A DNA stretch of 34,516 nt, from IMG/VR virus record IMGVR_UViG_3300030311_000011, positions 1 through 34,516 of that record. One strand, given 5' to 3'. The stretch is from a virus. The position numbers and the translations under genes are program-made. Below are positions 9,322 to 18,031 of the stretch, piece after piece. How positions within the stretch are numbered: the stretch's first letter is position 1; each line of letters begins with the position of its first letter. The notes beneath the pieces are model-generated. The model was not told the DNA's origin, made no database searches, and saw nothing but the letters and a program-made list of their open reading frames with translations.

Positions 9322-9603
9322 TTATCGTTGAGCGCGGACTTCTTCGATGACGAAAGCGGGCAAATTCCCGGACGTGAGCGCCGTCCGGGATTCTTCCACG
9401 CGTTTCTGCAGGAATTCCAGCATCATCATATCGCGGATGATGACGCCGAAGGCATGGGAAGGATTGACGCCGGCGGATTCCGCAGCCTCAAAGACGCCTT
9501 CACGCATCTCCTGCGCTGCCTGTTTCAGATTCGGGGTCTTGTTGCATTCTTCGGCGAATTCAATGAAAAGCCGTTCAATTCCGTGTTCTTGTTGTTCGTT
9601 CAT
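9322..9603 (-). CDS. tail assembly chaperone-like small acidic protein (by position)
   Basis: The tracked ORF 9322..9729 overlaps the upstream gene. The internal ATG at 9603 (MNEQQEHGIERLF...) leaves a 19-nt gap after the upstream stop. It lies immediately upstream of the tape measure. Confidence 0.4.
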   Translation of the reverse strand: MNEQQEHGIERLFIEFAEECNKTPNLKQAAQEMREGVFEAAESAGVNPSHAFGVIIRDMMMLEFLQKRVEESRTALTSGNLPAFVIEEVRAQR

Positions 9604-9622
9604 GATGATGGTTGATATGTTG

Positions 9623-11137
9623 TTAAGAAGGGTAATCAATGGAAGTATAGCGGATGGTGAGGGATAAGCTGAACGTGCGTCCGGGGGCGGTAGCGGCGGC
9701 CGGATAAGCATCATTGCCAAGGCCGTCAAATGACTGAGGGTTGTTCAGCATGGCGTTCTTCTCATAAATGCCGTTCTGATTTTCTACAACCAGCTGCCAG
9801 TCCGAACGAATTTCCACGCCTGGAGAAAACGTCCATTTCACATTTCCGCCCTCTCCGGTGGAAACAGCCTCATTGCTGGTCGCCAGAAGAGAAGCCGTTC
9901 CATTTTCCACCCGGTAAAGCGACAACGTGCCTGAATTGGCGCTCGTAGGATTCGTCGTCACGATTTCCTGCAGCGTGATTCCCTTTCCTTCCGGGTTGCC
10001 TTCCGGGAAATCGGGATAAACGTCCGAGGGGATGAACCGCCAAGACCTGTATCCCATCGGGACATCCGTATACTCTCCCTGGGGAGGTGGGAGCGTATAA
10101 TTGCGCGTGACCAGTCCCGCGCGCAGCACTCTAAGGTACGCTTTTTCCCCGGAGTCCTGTTGTGTCGCGGTGATTCTTACTGTTCCCGACGCTCCCTCGT
10201 TGGCGGAGACTGCCACCTTGAATGATCCGTTGTTGCCGTTGACCACATCGGAGATGACGACAGAGGAACTTGGAGAACTGGCCGTCCAGTCAACGCTGAC
10301 CTCTCCCGGACTGTAAAAAGAAGACACATTCACAGAATAATCGCCTCCAGTAATGGGAACCTGCAATTCGGTTGGAGAAAGGCTGAATGAGAAAGTAGGA
10401 AGCGGCTGACGAAATTCAACCTCAACAGCCTGCCCGGTTCCGTCCTGAATGACCTGGAGCGACATGGTCCTGTCCTCGTCTCCTTCATTGGCGGAGACTG
10501 CCACCTTGAATGATCCGTTGTTCCCGTTGACCACATCGGAGACGATCAACCCTTCGGAGACGTCGGCTATCTGCCACCCCTGCCCGACCGGACCCGGGGT
10601 AAACGAAGATTCCACGTTCACGGTATATTCACCCCCCTGGACGGGCACGTCAAAAGAAGCGGGTGTCACGGCAAAAACCCAGTTGGAATTGTCTGGTGTC
10701 CTGTCGGTGACGGTCATGGTCAGCGTGACCAGCAGGCACAGATAGCCGTCCTCTGGAGACGGAGGCGGGACGAAGTTTTCGGTTTCAAACTGGTAGCCGG
10801 TGATGACGGCGGCAAACCGCCATTGCGGCTGTTCGGCGAACTGCAGGTAGAGATAGCCGTTCTGGTTGCTGGCCAGCCACAGAGCCATGTTCTCTTGATA
10901 GGAGGCCATATCCTGAAAATCAACGAACCAGCGGTAAAACGCGATTGTGCGCTGCTCCACGGCGCTCCCAAGCCCCTGCGCGAACGCCCTGGGACCGTCT
11001 ACCAGCGACGTTTCAAATGCTTCCATGGAACCGCCGAAACGGGGCGGCTCCGGCGTATCGTCCCAGAGGTTGAGCAGCTGAATCTGGTTGCCGGCGGCGG
11101 AAACGTAGCGGGCTGCGTAGGGGGCCTGGTAGGTCAT
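9623..11137 (-). CDS. tail protein with two tandem BACON/Ig-like domains and a C-terminal beta-rich domain
   Basis: 504 aa with an ATG start. Residues ~155-244 and ~250-339 are paralogous, following the pattern (V/I)xGG(E/D)Y(T/S)VNV...W...SDVVNGNNGSFKVAVSANEG...R. The N-terminal ~140 aa resemble a tail tube or distal-tail (Dit-like) domain. Confidence 0.6.
   Translation of the reverse strand: MTYQAPYAARYVSAAGNQIQLLNLWDDTPEPPRFGGSMEAFETSLVDGPRAFAQGLGSAVEQRTIAFYRWFVDFQDMASYQENMALWLASNQNGYLYLQFAEQPQWRFAAVITGYQFETENFVPPPSPEDGYLCLLVTLTMTVTDRTPDNSNWVFAVTPASFDVPVQGGEYTVNVESSFTPGPVGQGWQIADVSEGLIVSDVVNGNNGSFKVAVSANEGDEDRTMSLQVIQDGTGQAVEVEFRQPLPTFSFSLSPTELQVPITGGDYSVNVSSFYSPGEVSVDWTASSPSSSVVISDVVNGNNGSFKVAVSANEGASGTVRITATQQDSGEKAYLRVLRAGLVTRNYTLPPPQGEYTDVPMGYRSWRFIPSDVYPDFPEGNPEGKGITLQEIVTTNPTSANSGTLSLYRVENGTASLLATSNEAVSTGEGGNVKWTFSPGVEIRSDWQLVVENQNGIYEKNAMLNNPQSFDGLGNDAYPAAATAPGRTFSLSLTIRYTSIDYPS
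10121..10675 (-). repeat. intragenic tandem duplication (two ~96-codon Ig/BACON-like units)
   Basis: The 55-nt cores at 10200-10254 and 10488-10542 differ at a single position and are offset by 288 nt (96 codons). Confidence 0.85.
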
Positions 11138-11143
11138 GGGCGG

Positions 11144-11725
11144 TTACTGGTTGAGGTAGTCCTTCACCCCTTCGGCAATCGCTTCGGCAATGCGTCCGGG
11201 ATGGTCCTTCATCAGGGCGGCGTTTTCAGGATTGGTGATAAAGCCGCATTCGCACAGCACCCACGGGCAGCGGGTCCTTTTCAGGACGGCGAGGCCCGGA
11301 CGCGACTGCACGGTATTGGCCCGGCCGGGAAGCAGGCGGGAAAGAGGTTCCGCGATGCACATGGCCAGCCTGCTGCCCTTGACGCTGCCCGGGTAAAAAC
11401 ATACATGGGCGCCATGCGGGCCGGGATTTGGGACGTTTATGATTTCCGGCCCTGTTTCAGTTTCCACCGTTTTTTCAGTACTGGCGCTGTCACAATGAAG
11501 GGAAATGCCGAAGTCATAGCCGCCTTCATTGGCGGCCTTGATGGTGGCGTTCAAATCCTGGGCATTGCTCATGCCAGGAAAGTCAATCACGTCCACCTTG
11601 GCGCCCAGTCCCTGAAGCATGGGGGCAAGGCATTCGGCGATCGTCACGGCGACGGCGTGTTCTTCAAGACCGTTCCCGCGGGATCCGGTGTTGTTGGCAT
11701 GTCCAATATCAATGGCTATTTTCAT
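11144..11725 (-). CDS. N-acetylmuramoyl-L-alanine amidase (Amidase_3-type endolysin)
   Basis: 193 aa. Motifs are MKIAIDIGHANNTGSRGNGLEEH, FGISLHCDS and LCECGFITNPENAALM. A strong AAGGAGAA sits 5 nt before the ATG. Confidence 0.85.
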   Translation of the reverse strand: MKIAIDIGHANNTGSRGNGLEEHAVAVTIAECLAPMLQGLGAKVDVIDFPGMSNAQDLNATIKAANEGGYDFGISLHCDSASTEKTVETETGPEIINVPNPGPHGAHVCFYPGSVKGSRLAMCIAEPLSRLLPGRANTVQSRPGLAVLKRTRCPWVLCECGFITNPENAALMKDHPGRIAEAIAEGVKDYLNQ

Positions 11726-11790
11726 GAGTATTCTCCTTTAATGGTTGGTCGTTAATATGATTGAACTGGTAAGAAAAACTTTACTGTTGC

Positions 11791-12042
11791 CTATTTTTCC
11801 AACTTCCGTTCGATATTCTCAATTCTGACGGCAAGCAGCTGAATCGCCTTGGCCGTCTCGACCTGGGCCTGTGTCTGCATGGTCATCAGGTCACACAGCC
11901 GGTCATTATGGTGTCCCATGACATCTCCGATGTACCAGCAGGACGCGCCGCAAATGACCAGCGACAGCATGACGCAGGCAAACACGGGTGACGCCTTGGC
12001 AAAATCCATGAAACGCGCCGGCACTTCGGAGAGTTTGCACAT
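11791..12042 (-). CDS. small membrane protein with C-terminal coiled coil (holin or i-spanin-like)
   Basis: 83 aa. One TM segment (SPVFACVMLSLVICGASCWYIG) is followed by a heptad-like QTQAQVETAKAIQLLAVRIENIERKLEK. It lies directly upstream of the endolysin. Confidence 0.4.
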   Translation of the reverse strand: MCKLSEVPARFMDFAKASPVFACVMLSLVICGASCWYIGDVMGHHNDRLCDLMTMQTQAQVETAKAIQLLAVRIENIERKLEK

Positions 12043-12046
12043 GGTG

Positions 12047-12331
12047 TTACTTCTTGGAGGGAATTACCTGCACAACGGGCGGAACGTCCGTTTCGGGTTG
12101 CGCCTGTGAATAGGAAATATGGCCCGGTTCCAGAACCAGGCAGGAGCCGTCCTTGCATACGACCGTCTTGTCCGGCGTTACGTCCACGGAATGGCCGCAC
12201 CCCGTGACGGTGATGTAACCGGCTGTGGCCAGAGCGCCGATGATGGCGGCAATCACGTACTTGACCCAATTCCCCCAACGGGCGGATGCCGCCTGCTGGG
12301 CCTTTTCGATGTCTTCTTTGCTGATATTCAT
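12047..12331 (-). CDS. small membrane protein, lipobox-like VTGC after the hydrophobic segment (holin or o-spanin-like)
   Basis: 94 aa. It has a hydrophilic N-terminus, a TM/signal-like segment (VKYVIAAIIGALATAGYITVTGC) and a Cys-containing C-terminal tail. Confidence 0.35.
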   Translation of the reverse strand: MNISKEDIEKAQQAASARWGNWVKYVIAAIIGALATAGYITVTGCGHSVDVTPDKTVVCKDGSCLVLEPGHISYSQAQPETDVPPVVQVIPSKK

Positions 12332-12334
12332 GGT

Positions 12335-12733
12335 TTATTGTTTGGTGAAGTATTTGAAAAAGTCCACGGCGGCGGGATCCGTGATCACAAAAGCCGGGTA
12401 ATCACGGGAAGTGAACACCCTGCGCCCGCCCTGGGGATTGACGGCCTCAACGGTCAAATCCACAGTTTCCGTCGTCCGCATCGGTTCATCCGCCTCCGGA
12501 ACGTAAAACTCTTTCAGCCGCGCCCAAACCTGGGAGGCCTGCCACGGTTCCGACAATCCCACCAGCGCGGCCACTACCGCCTGCATGGCCGGAGCCTGCT
12601 CCGCTGGTATCTCGTCCGCTGTATAGATGTCTGCCCGCGTGTACCCTTCCGCGTCCTGGTAAATGGCCGCCAGGCCGAATTCATCCCATTGACCGGGTTT
12701 CGGGAACTGTATTTGTATTTCTGCTCTGTTCAT
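12335..12733 (-). CDS. hypothetical protein (possible fibre assembly/accessory protein by position)
   Basis: 132 aa. Its ATG overlaps the fibre gene stop as ATGA. Confidence 0.5.
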   Translation of the reverse strand: MNRAEIQIQFPKPGQWDEFGLAAIYQDAEGYTRADIYTADEIPAEQAPAMQAVVAALVGLSEPWQASQVWARLKEFYVPEADEPMRTTETVDLTVEAVNPQGGRRVFTSRDYPAFVITDPAAVDFFKYFTKQ

Positions 12734-14448
12734 TCTATTGGTACGTTAATATCTTCAAAAGCGGCGGTTGCCTCGGATTCAATGGCATTCGTTCCTATCG
12801 CGTCCAACCCGTAAAAGAGGGGGTTCACATTGCCCGGCTGGTAATAGGCATATTCCCCGGGTCCCGCATAAACGGAAGCCGTGCCGCTGGTGGTGTTGAT
12901 CACATCCGTCACCCAGCGGGAAATGCCGACGCCGGTCTCAAAATTGGAGACGCCCCGGCAGGTGGCGATCTTGAACAGGTTGTTGGTCTGTGCCCCCGTG
13001 ACCAGCAGCCAGAGGCCTCCCAGGTTTTCATAAACGCTGCTGTTGGCAACCGTCTGCTGCTGGTAAATAATCTTGCAGACCGTCCACGGGACGGGCTCGT
13101 TCTGCGTCGCCGGTATAAAGCTGGTCGTCGTCTTGACCTGCCATCCATCGGCGGACGTCAGCGCATAAATTTCACGCACGCGCACCGTATAGCCGTTGCG
13201 AGCCGTATCGCGCACGTTGTCAAAGGTGATGTCCAGAATCTCCCCGGAATTAAATGCCAGGTCATTGCCCGGAATAATCGTGTAGGAGTCGGTGGTAAGG
13301 TCCGCCCTGATTGTTTTCGCTCCCCGGCCGATGCCCATCGTTATCTTCGCCGCGGCCGTGGCCCGCCAGACAAATGAAAAGCCGGCCCAGGAAGAATAAT
13401 TCCATTGGGAACTGGGGCCTTCAAAGGGGGCCTGAATAGTCGTGTGAGCGCCCGAGGGAATGCCTATGCGGGCCATCTGGTAGGGAACCGTTTTAGTCAC
13501 CGTTGCCGTGCCGGTAGTTGTCATCGAGTCCGTATTCAGGAAAGCCGCCGCCGCATAAGCATTGGCTGCGCCGGCCATGCCCGCGGCATACAGGCGGTTG
13601 ACGCCGGATTCATTGGTCGGCGCTCCCACGGCCAGCGGGATGTTGACGCCTCCATTGGCGTTGATGGCGCTTGAAAACGCCTGGGGCTGGCTCCACGTAT
13701 ACGATTCTTCCGTATTGACGTCGCCGGGATCTCCCTTTTCCCCTTGAGGGCCCTGGGGCCCCACCGGACCTTCCGGCCCCTGCGGGCCTTCGGGACCTTG
13801 CGGGCCGGCCGGGCCCGTATCTCCCTGCGGGCCCTGCTCGCCCGTTTCGCCCTGCGGCCCCCGTTCCCCGGTTTCTCCGCGGGGGCCCTGCGGCCCTTCG
13901 GGGCCGGTTTCGCCCCGTTCTCCCTGCGGGCCTGCCGGCCCTTCGGGACCGACATCCCCGCGGGGAATGGTGAAGGAGAGCTTATAGGATCCGGCAGCCT
14001 CCCCTTTGACGGCTTCCGCGGCGGCGGGCGTCCCCGGTTCCCCGGTGGTGACTTCGTCAACGGACAGGCTAAAATTCTCCGCGTACTTCTTGGCCTGTTC
14101 CGCGTACCAGGCGGCGCTGGACGCATTATCAAGCACTACCTGCACGCAGCCGCTTCCTTCCGGAAGCTGCACGACGACCGCGGCCGCCACGGCCTGCTGC
14201 TCGCCGGGCAAGTCCGGCGTTACCCGGCCCGAAGAAACAAAGCAACCGTAGAGAAGGGGGCTTTCTTCGCTTCCGTCGTCCATGAAGACGTCGTAGGACC
14301 ACATGCCCGCAGGCACCGACTCCCAGGAAATCACGCCGTTTCCCTCGTCGTCTCGGGAAAATCCGAACTCCGTCACGCCCGTCTTGAGGCGGACGGCTCC
14401 GCGCAGGGTGACGCCGCCCATATCGACGGGGTCGCCCTGGAAATCCAC
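12730..14448 (-). CDS. collagen-like repeat tail fibre protein
   Basis: 572 aa from GTG 14448. It comprises a beta-rich N-domain, 26 uninterrupted G-X-Y triplets and a ~330-aa C-terminal globular domain. The start is uncertain; the frame is open 31 codons further upstream. Confidence 0.75.
   Translation of the reverse strand: MDFQGDPVDMGGVTLRGAVRLKTGVTEFGFSRDDEGNGVISWESVPAGMWSYDVFMDDGSEESPLLYGCFVSSGRVTPDLPGEQQAVAAAVVVQLPEGSGCVQVVLDNASSAAWYAEQAKKYAENFSLSVDEVTTGEPGTPAAAEAVKGEAAGSYKLSFTIPRGDVGPEGPAGPQGERGETGPEGPQGPRGETGERGPQGETGEQGPQGDTGPAGPQGPEGPQGPEGPVGPQGPQGEKGDPGDVNTEESYTWSQPQAFSSAINANGGVNIPLAVGAPTNESGVNRLYAAGMAGAANAYAAAAFLNTDSMTTTGTATVTKTVPYQMARIGIPSGAHTTIQAPFEGPSSQWNYSSWAGFSFVWRATAAAKITMGIGRGAKTIRADLTTDSYTIIPGNDLAFNSGEILDITFDNVRDTARNGYTVRVREIYALTSADGWQVKTTTSFIPATQNEPVPWTVCKIIYQQQTVANSSVYENLGGLWLLVTGAQTNNLFKIATCRGVSNFETGVGISRWVTDVINTTSGTASVYAGPGEYAYYQPGNVNPLFYGLDAIGTNAIESEATAAFEDINVPIE
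13720..13959 (-). repeat. collagen-like G-X-Y triplet repeat (26 triplets)
   Basis: Sequence is [80 protein letters not shown], counted from the translation (residues 164-243). Confidence 0.9.
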
Positions 14449-14518
14449 GACGCGGACAACCAGGGACTGGTTCAGCCCTGTGACGGTCCTGATATCATAT
14501 TTGCCTGCCTGCTGCCTG

Positions 14519-14553
14519 AAAAAAACAAGGATGCGGGGGCGTCATCCGCCCCC
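14519..14553 (-). terminator. GC-rich hairpin plus U7 tract downstream of the tube-like gene (leaky terminator or regulatory structure)
   Basis: On the - strand: GGGGGCG-GATGA-CGCCCCC (14535-14553), then GCATCCTTG, then TTTTTTT (14519-14525). An alternative pairing is GGATG/CATCC. Confidence 0.4.
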
Positions 14554-14565
14554 TGGTGAAACACG

Positions 14566-15177
14566 TCAGGAACCCGGCGTCGGCGTCACGTCCTGCACAT
14601 TGGAAGGCGTGAACTGGTACTTGCCGCGGTAATCCATCTCGAACTCGAACTGGGGTGAAGCGATCGCCGTGGTATGTTCCGGATCCTGAAGGAGCCGCAA
14701 CGCGCCATGCGCCGTTCCGACCAGATAGATTGTGCCGACGTCGTTCTGGTACCAAAAATGAAGATACCCCTCAATCTTGTTGTCGCCGCCATGTCCGACG
14801 GTGGTCGATTCCTCTCCATTGGCGGGAGGCGCTCCCAGAGCGAAAGACAGCTGGAACCATTCGGGGGACATGTCCGGCGTGGTAAAGGTCAGGCGCTTGC
14901 CGGTCGTCGTGTTCTTGCGCTGCTGGCGGTAGCCCAGCGCGCCGCCGTAAAAGCGCGTCACTTCTCCTTCGACTTGCGTGGCGACGGACTGGAACGCGCC
15001 CAGCAGTCCGAAGCTCACCCAGGGCGCTTCCGGCCCGGCGGTCGGATCCGTCGGCGGAGATGTCGGAGGCGTCGGAAACTGGTCCGGCCCGGTGACGTAA
15101 GAAGCTCCCTCGTCCTCGGTCACCTTGATCCCGTCGGGAAGGAAAATAGCCAGAACGCCGGTAATCTGCGGCGTCAC
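14566..15177 (-). CDS. major tail (tube)-like protein
   Basis: 203 aa from GTG. It is beta-rich with a PT-rich loop, and the position after the neck genes fits a siphovirus tube protein. No family recognised with certainty. Confidence 0.4.
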   Translation of the reverse strand: MTPQITGVLAIFLPDGIKVTEDEGASYVTGPDQFPTPPTSPPTDPTAGPEAPWVSFGLLGAFQSVATQVEGEVTRFYGGALGYRQQRKNTTTGKRLTFTTPDMSPEWFQLSFALGAPPANGEESTTVGHGGDNKIEGYLHFWYQNDVGTIYLVGTAHGALRLLQDPEHTTAIASPQFEFEMDYRGKYQFTPSNVQDVTPTPGS

Positions 15178-15230
15178 GTTGCGGTTGCTAAAAGTGGGGT
15201 CGTATGTAGTAGCCCTGATGCTTGAAATGG

Positions 15231-15428
15231 TTAGTAGATGATGGATGCCTTGCCGTCGGCTTCCAGTTTATTGGCGAGTTCTTTCGTAACACGAATATGC
15301 GCTCCTTTCAAGAACGTTGAACGCCCTATGCGCACTTCTTTGGCGAGAATGAGGATGTTCGTGTCGATGACGGCGGCCTGCTCCGTCTTTTTGTCCGGTT
15401 CGGTATTGGCGGCAGTTGCTTTGCTCAT
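15231..15428 (-). CDS. hypothetical small protein
   Basis: 65 aa. Its ATG overlaps the upstream stop (ATGA). Confidence 0.5.
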   Translation of the reverse strand: MSKATAANTEPDKKTEQAAVIDTNILILAKEVRIGRSTFLKGAHIRVTKELANKLEADGKASIIY

Positions 15429-15733
15429 TTGATGTCAACAAGGTTGAGGGTTTGCAGAGCTTCCGCGACGGGCGCGGGAAGTTCCGGGGTATCGGTTTTC
15501 ATGGAAAGGCTGATAATCAGCCCCCCGTCCAGTTCCGCACGGGTGCGAATGACCCGGACGGCCTTCTTGCCGGGCGTTGCCGGCGTTTGGTCGGGCGTGG
15601 ACGATGGTTTATCGTCGGATTCCCGGAGTTCATCCGGCGTTGCCGGCGTTTGATCCGGAGATTCCCCGGCTGATTCGGGTTCCGCCGGGACTTGCCTGGT
15701 GGCCTTCTTTTTGGTTGTTGCTCTTCTGCTCAT
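15425..15733 (-). CDS. hypothetical Pro/Thr/Asp-rich protein with internal PDQTPATP repeat
   Basis: 102 aa with an ATGA overlap at the upstream gene. The 17-nt repeat GGCGTTGCCGGCGTTTG occurs at 15573-15589 and 15636-15652 (63-nt offset). Confidence 0.5.
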   Translation of the reverse strand: MSRRATTKKKATRQVPAEPESAGESPDQTPATPDELRESDDKPSSTPDQTPATPGKKAVRVIRTRAELDGGLIISLSMKTDTPELPAPVAEALQTLNLVDIK

Positions 15734-16242
15734 TGGAATTGCGGGTTGTTTCTGATGTTAATATTGACCGGGACGCGGTAATCCACGGTCAAAACGTTCA
15801 TTTGCCGCTTCTCGCCGTCGATGACGGCGGAAGAGGAAAAACGGCCTTTGATTTTCGGTTTCATCATCGCAGGCGCGGCAAAGGTAAAAGGGTTCCAGTT
15901 CCACAGGGCTTCTTCAATTTCGTCGCCTACCGCCCGCAGGTAGTAGTCGGGCGTCAGGCATTCCGGGGGGAACAGGGCCGCGTTGTGGTAGACGGCGGCA
16001 ATGATGAAATACTGCCGCCACATGGTCGGCGCTTCCGTCTGCCCGTGCCCGTCCTGGTATTCGTCCGCATCTCCCGGACACACCAGCACCACGCCGTTGT
16101 TGCCCATCGCCGACATGATGATGTCATTGGCGGCGTACTGGGGGTCAAAGGGCCGCTCAAAGATATGGCAGTCCAATGTTCCGAGGCTCTGCAGGCGCTC
16201 AATGATGCGCCGGCACATGGTTTGGTCAAGGGAGGGGATCAT
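15730..16242 (-). CDS. neck/tail-joining protein, Mu gp37 (DUF1834)-like
   Basis: The tracked ORF 15730..16347 overlaps the upstream gene. The ATG at 16242 (MIPSLDQTMCRRIIERL...) forms an ATGA overlap with the upstream stop. Size (170 aa) and position fit gp37-like proteins. Confidence 0.4.
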   Translation of the reverse strand: MIPSLDQTMCRRIIERLQSLGTLDCHIFERPFDPQYAANDIIMSAMGNNGVVLVCPGDADEYQDGHGQTEAPTMWRQYFIIAAVYHNAALFPPECLTPDYYLRAVGDEIEEALWNWNPFTFAAPAMMKPKIKGRFSSSAVIDGEKRQMNVLTVDYRVPVNINIRNNPQFQ

Positions 16243-16904
16243 GATTCGTTTCCGATGTTGGCGAGGTAGGTTTCCGCGGCGCGCTGCGCCATCCGGTCCA
16301 GCGTCGGGAGGATCCCCAGCGTGGGCGGGATCGTGACTTCGCGGCAAAGCACGTAGAGGACGTCCCCGGTTTTGGCTCCTTTGCGGAACAGCTTCCGGGC
16401 CGCTTTCTTTCCGGTGGACGACTGCGCCGTCTTGAGGATGAGGACGCCGGTCACATTGCCGTTGCGTCCTCCGTTTTTGGAGGGAATGAATTGCAAATCG
16501 TCTTTGCGGAATCCGGCGCTGTAAATGCTCCGGGCCCCTCCATGCCCGCGCGGGGCGTTGATGGTGGGAATCGCGAGGTTTTGGATCGGCTGCCCCGTGA
16601 TTTCCGAGGTGCGCCCCGTGGGCCGGAGCGGGCCGCCCAGATAGCCCTGCGTGCCGAGCCAGTGCAGGCCGATACCGCGCCAGGCAATGGAGACGCTGAC
16701 GCCCTCGGCGGTTTCTTCCATGGAGGTGGCATCCGCCGCGCCGTCGTAGTAGTCCTTGCCCTGCTGGCGCAGGGTTTCCTGAATGAGCAGGCTGAGGGCG
16801 ACGCCCGCTTTGCGGATGGCTGTTTTGTGCCGGGACGCAGACGGCTCCATCTCGGCAAACGCCCGGTCAATCGCGGTCTGGTCGATATGGACGGTTACAG
16901 CCAT
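16239..16904 (-). CDS. virion morphogenesis/neck protein (Mu gpG / HK97 gp10-like, tentative)
   Basis: An internal ATG at 16904 (MAVTVHIDQTAIDRAF...) gives 221 aa and a 10-nt overlap with the upstream gene. The family call is weak. Confidence 0.35.
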   Translation of the reverse strand: MAVTVHIDQTAIDRAFAEMEPSASRHKTAIRKAGVALSLLIQETLRQQGKDYYDGAADATSMEETAEGVSVSIAWRGIGLHWLGTQGYLGGPLRPTGRTSEITGQPIQNLAIPTINAPRGHGGARSIYSAGFRKDDLQFIPSKNGGRNGNVTGVLILKTAQSSTGKKAARKLFRKGAKTGDVLYVLCREVTIPPTLGILPTLDRMAQRAAETYLANIGNES

Positions 16905-18031
16905 TTGACGGGCAAAACATAAGGGGTTGGCAGTTCCACGTGGAGAGCTCCGGCGACGTCTTCCACTTTCCTGACGTGCCCGGAGGTAAGGCGCCATGTG
17001 AATTCCCCCTCTTCCTTCCGGGAGACGGGGATGAACTGGCGGGACGATGCGGCAGCCACATCCGCGGGCCGGGCGAACCAGACGTCTTCCGGCTCGGAGA
17101 ACAGGCGGTCCAGCAGGCGGTCCAGGTAGAGGGATGCCAGCGTTCCGGCCACCGCTCCCCCGGCTGCCGCCAGGCGGAAGGCCTGGGCCTGGCGCAAGGG
17201 GATCTCTTCCGGGAAATCCCCTGACAGAAGTTCCGCCAGTTCCGCGTCCATGTAAGGCCGTGTGCCGTTCGGGTCGGTATAGACAAAGGTGGTATTGCCG
17301 TCGTTTTCGTTGTTGACGCGCAGGGCGTCTTTCAGGATGCTGCGGATCTTCTTCTTGTTGGCTTCCGTCACGCCCTGGGCATTGCTTTCCAGCGTGGCGT
17401 TGAAGCTGGCCGGAGCGGGACGGACGCGGGAAACCTCAAGACCTGCGGCACGGGCCTCGTCTGCGCTTATGGGGGCAATGTTCATCCCTGAAAGATAGTC
17501 GAATGGGGGATAAGGCGTCCCAAACCTCGAAAGCCGTATCCATATATCGGAGCAAGTCAACGCATAGCCGACAATATCCCCCCGGATGAACCCGGAGGAT
17601 ACCGCCTCCGTGGCTTCTTCTTCCAGCCCCGCTCTGGCCCGGTTCCAGCGTTCGGCCCAATAGCGGGGATCTTCCCTGCCTTGGGAGCGGTAAAATTTGA
17701 AGGCGGCCGTGTCTTCATCCTGTGTCCAGTTGTACCAGTTCCGGTATCCGTGGGCCATGGCCGCGTTGGTTTCCATCACGACCTGGATGCGGACCCAGGA
17801 GGACAAATCCTGAATGCCTCCCTGACCCGTCGCCGGGGGACGGTAGCCCTGCTGGCGCAGGGTTTCGCGGATGGCCTGCTGCGCTTCCTCGTAGCTCAAG
17901 GCGCCGGATGCGACTTTCGCGGCCTTGTCCTCGAAATCGGACAGGATAACGCCGGGTTCCACGCCGGACACGAAAAAAGCGCGCTCGGCGTAGTCGTTGG
18001 CGATCATCTCTCTCTGGGCGGCAGTCATCAT
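16895..18031 (-). CDS. minor head protein, Mu gpF / SPP1 gp7-like (tentative)
   Basis: The ATG at 18031 (MMTAAQREMIAN...) forms an ATGA overlap with the upstream stop, giving 378 aa. SWVRIQVVMETNAAMAHGYRNWYNW resembles the gpF-family core. Confidence 0.4.
   Translation of the reverse strand: MMTAAQREMIANDYAERAFFVSGVEPGVILSDFEDKAAKVASGALSYEEAQQAIRETLRQQGYRPPATGQGGIQDLSSWVRIQVVMETNAAMAHGYRNWYNWTQDEDTAAFKFYRSQGREDPRYWAERWNRARAGLEEEATEAVSSGFIRGDIVGYALTCSDIWIRLSRFGTPYPPFDYLSGMNIAPISADEARAAGLEVSRVRPAPASFNATLESNAQGVTEANKKKIRSILKDALRVNNENDGNTTFVYTDPNGTRPYMDAELAELLSGDFPEEIPLRQAQAFRLAAAGGAVAGTLASLYLDRLLDRLFSEPEDVWFARPADVAAASSRQFIPVSRKEEGEFTWRLTSGHVRKVEDVAGALHVELPTPYVLPVKWL

Noticed and set aside
9604-9729. 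N-terminal extensions in the ORF track that overlap upstream genes (9322-9729). The same applies to 27470-28006, 16895-18250, 16239-16997, 15730-16347 and 27003-27407.
   Set aside because: Internal ATGs create the ATGA or short overlaps typical of this operon and remove long out-of-frame overlaps. The extensions are low-complexity, R/P-rich sequence.
13510-13530. ATCGAGTCCGTA inside the fibre gene resembles the tRNA T-arm/acceptor sequence TTCGAGTCCCGTA, raising the possibility of an internal att remnant.
   Set aside because: The match is short and imperfect, lies inside an intact coding region and has no flanking tRNA-like sequence. It is most likely chance.
13536-14132. A 198-aa same-strand alternative-frame ORF inside the fibre gene.
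   Set aside because: It is produced automatically by the stop-free GGN-CCN-rich collagen repeat. Its translation is a P/R/A/G low-complexity string.
4147-14448. A diversity-generating retroelement targeting the fibre or tail-tip C-termini.
   Set aside because: There is no reverse transcriptase ORF and no template/variable repeat pair visible in the window. The only intragenic repeats are the BACON duplication and the collagen triplets.
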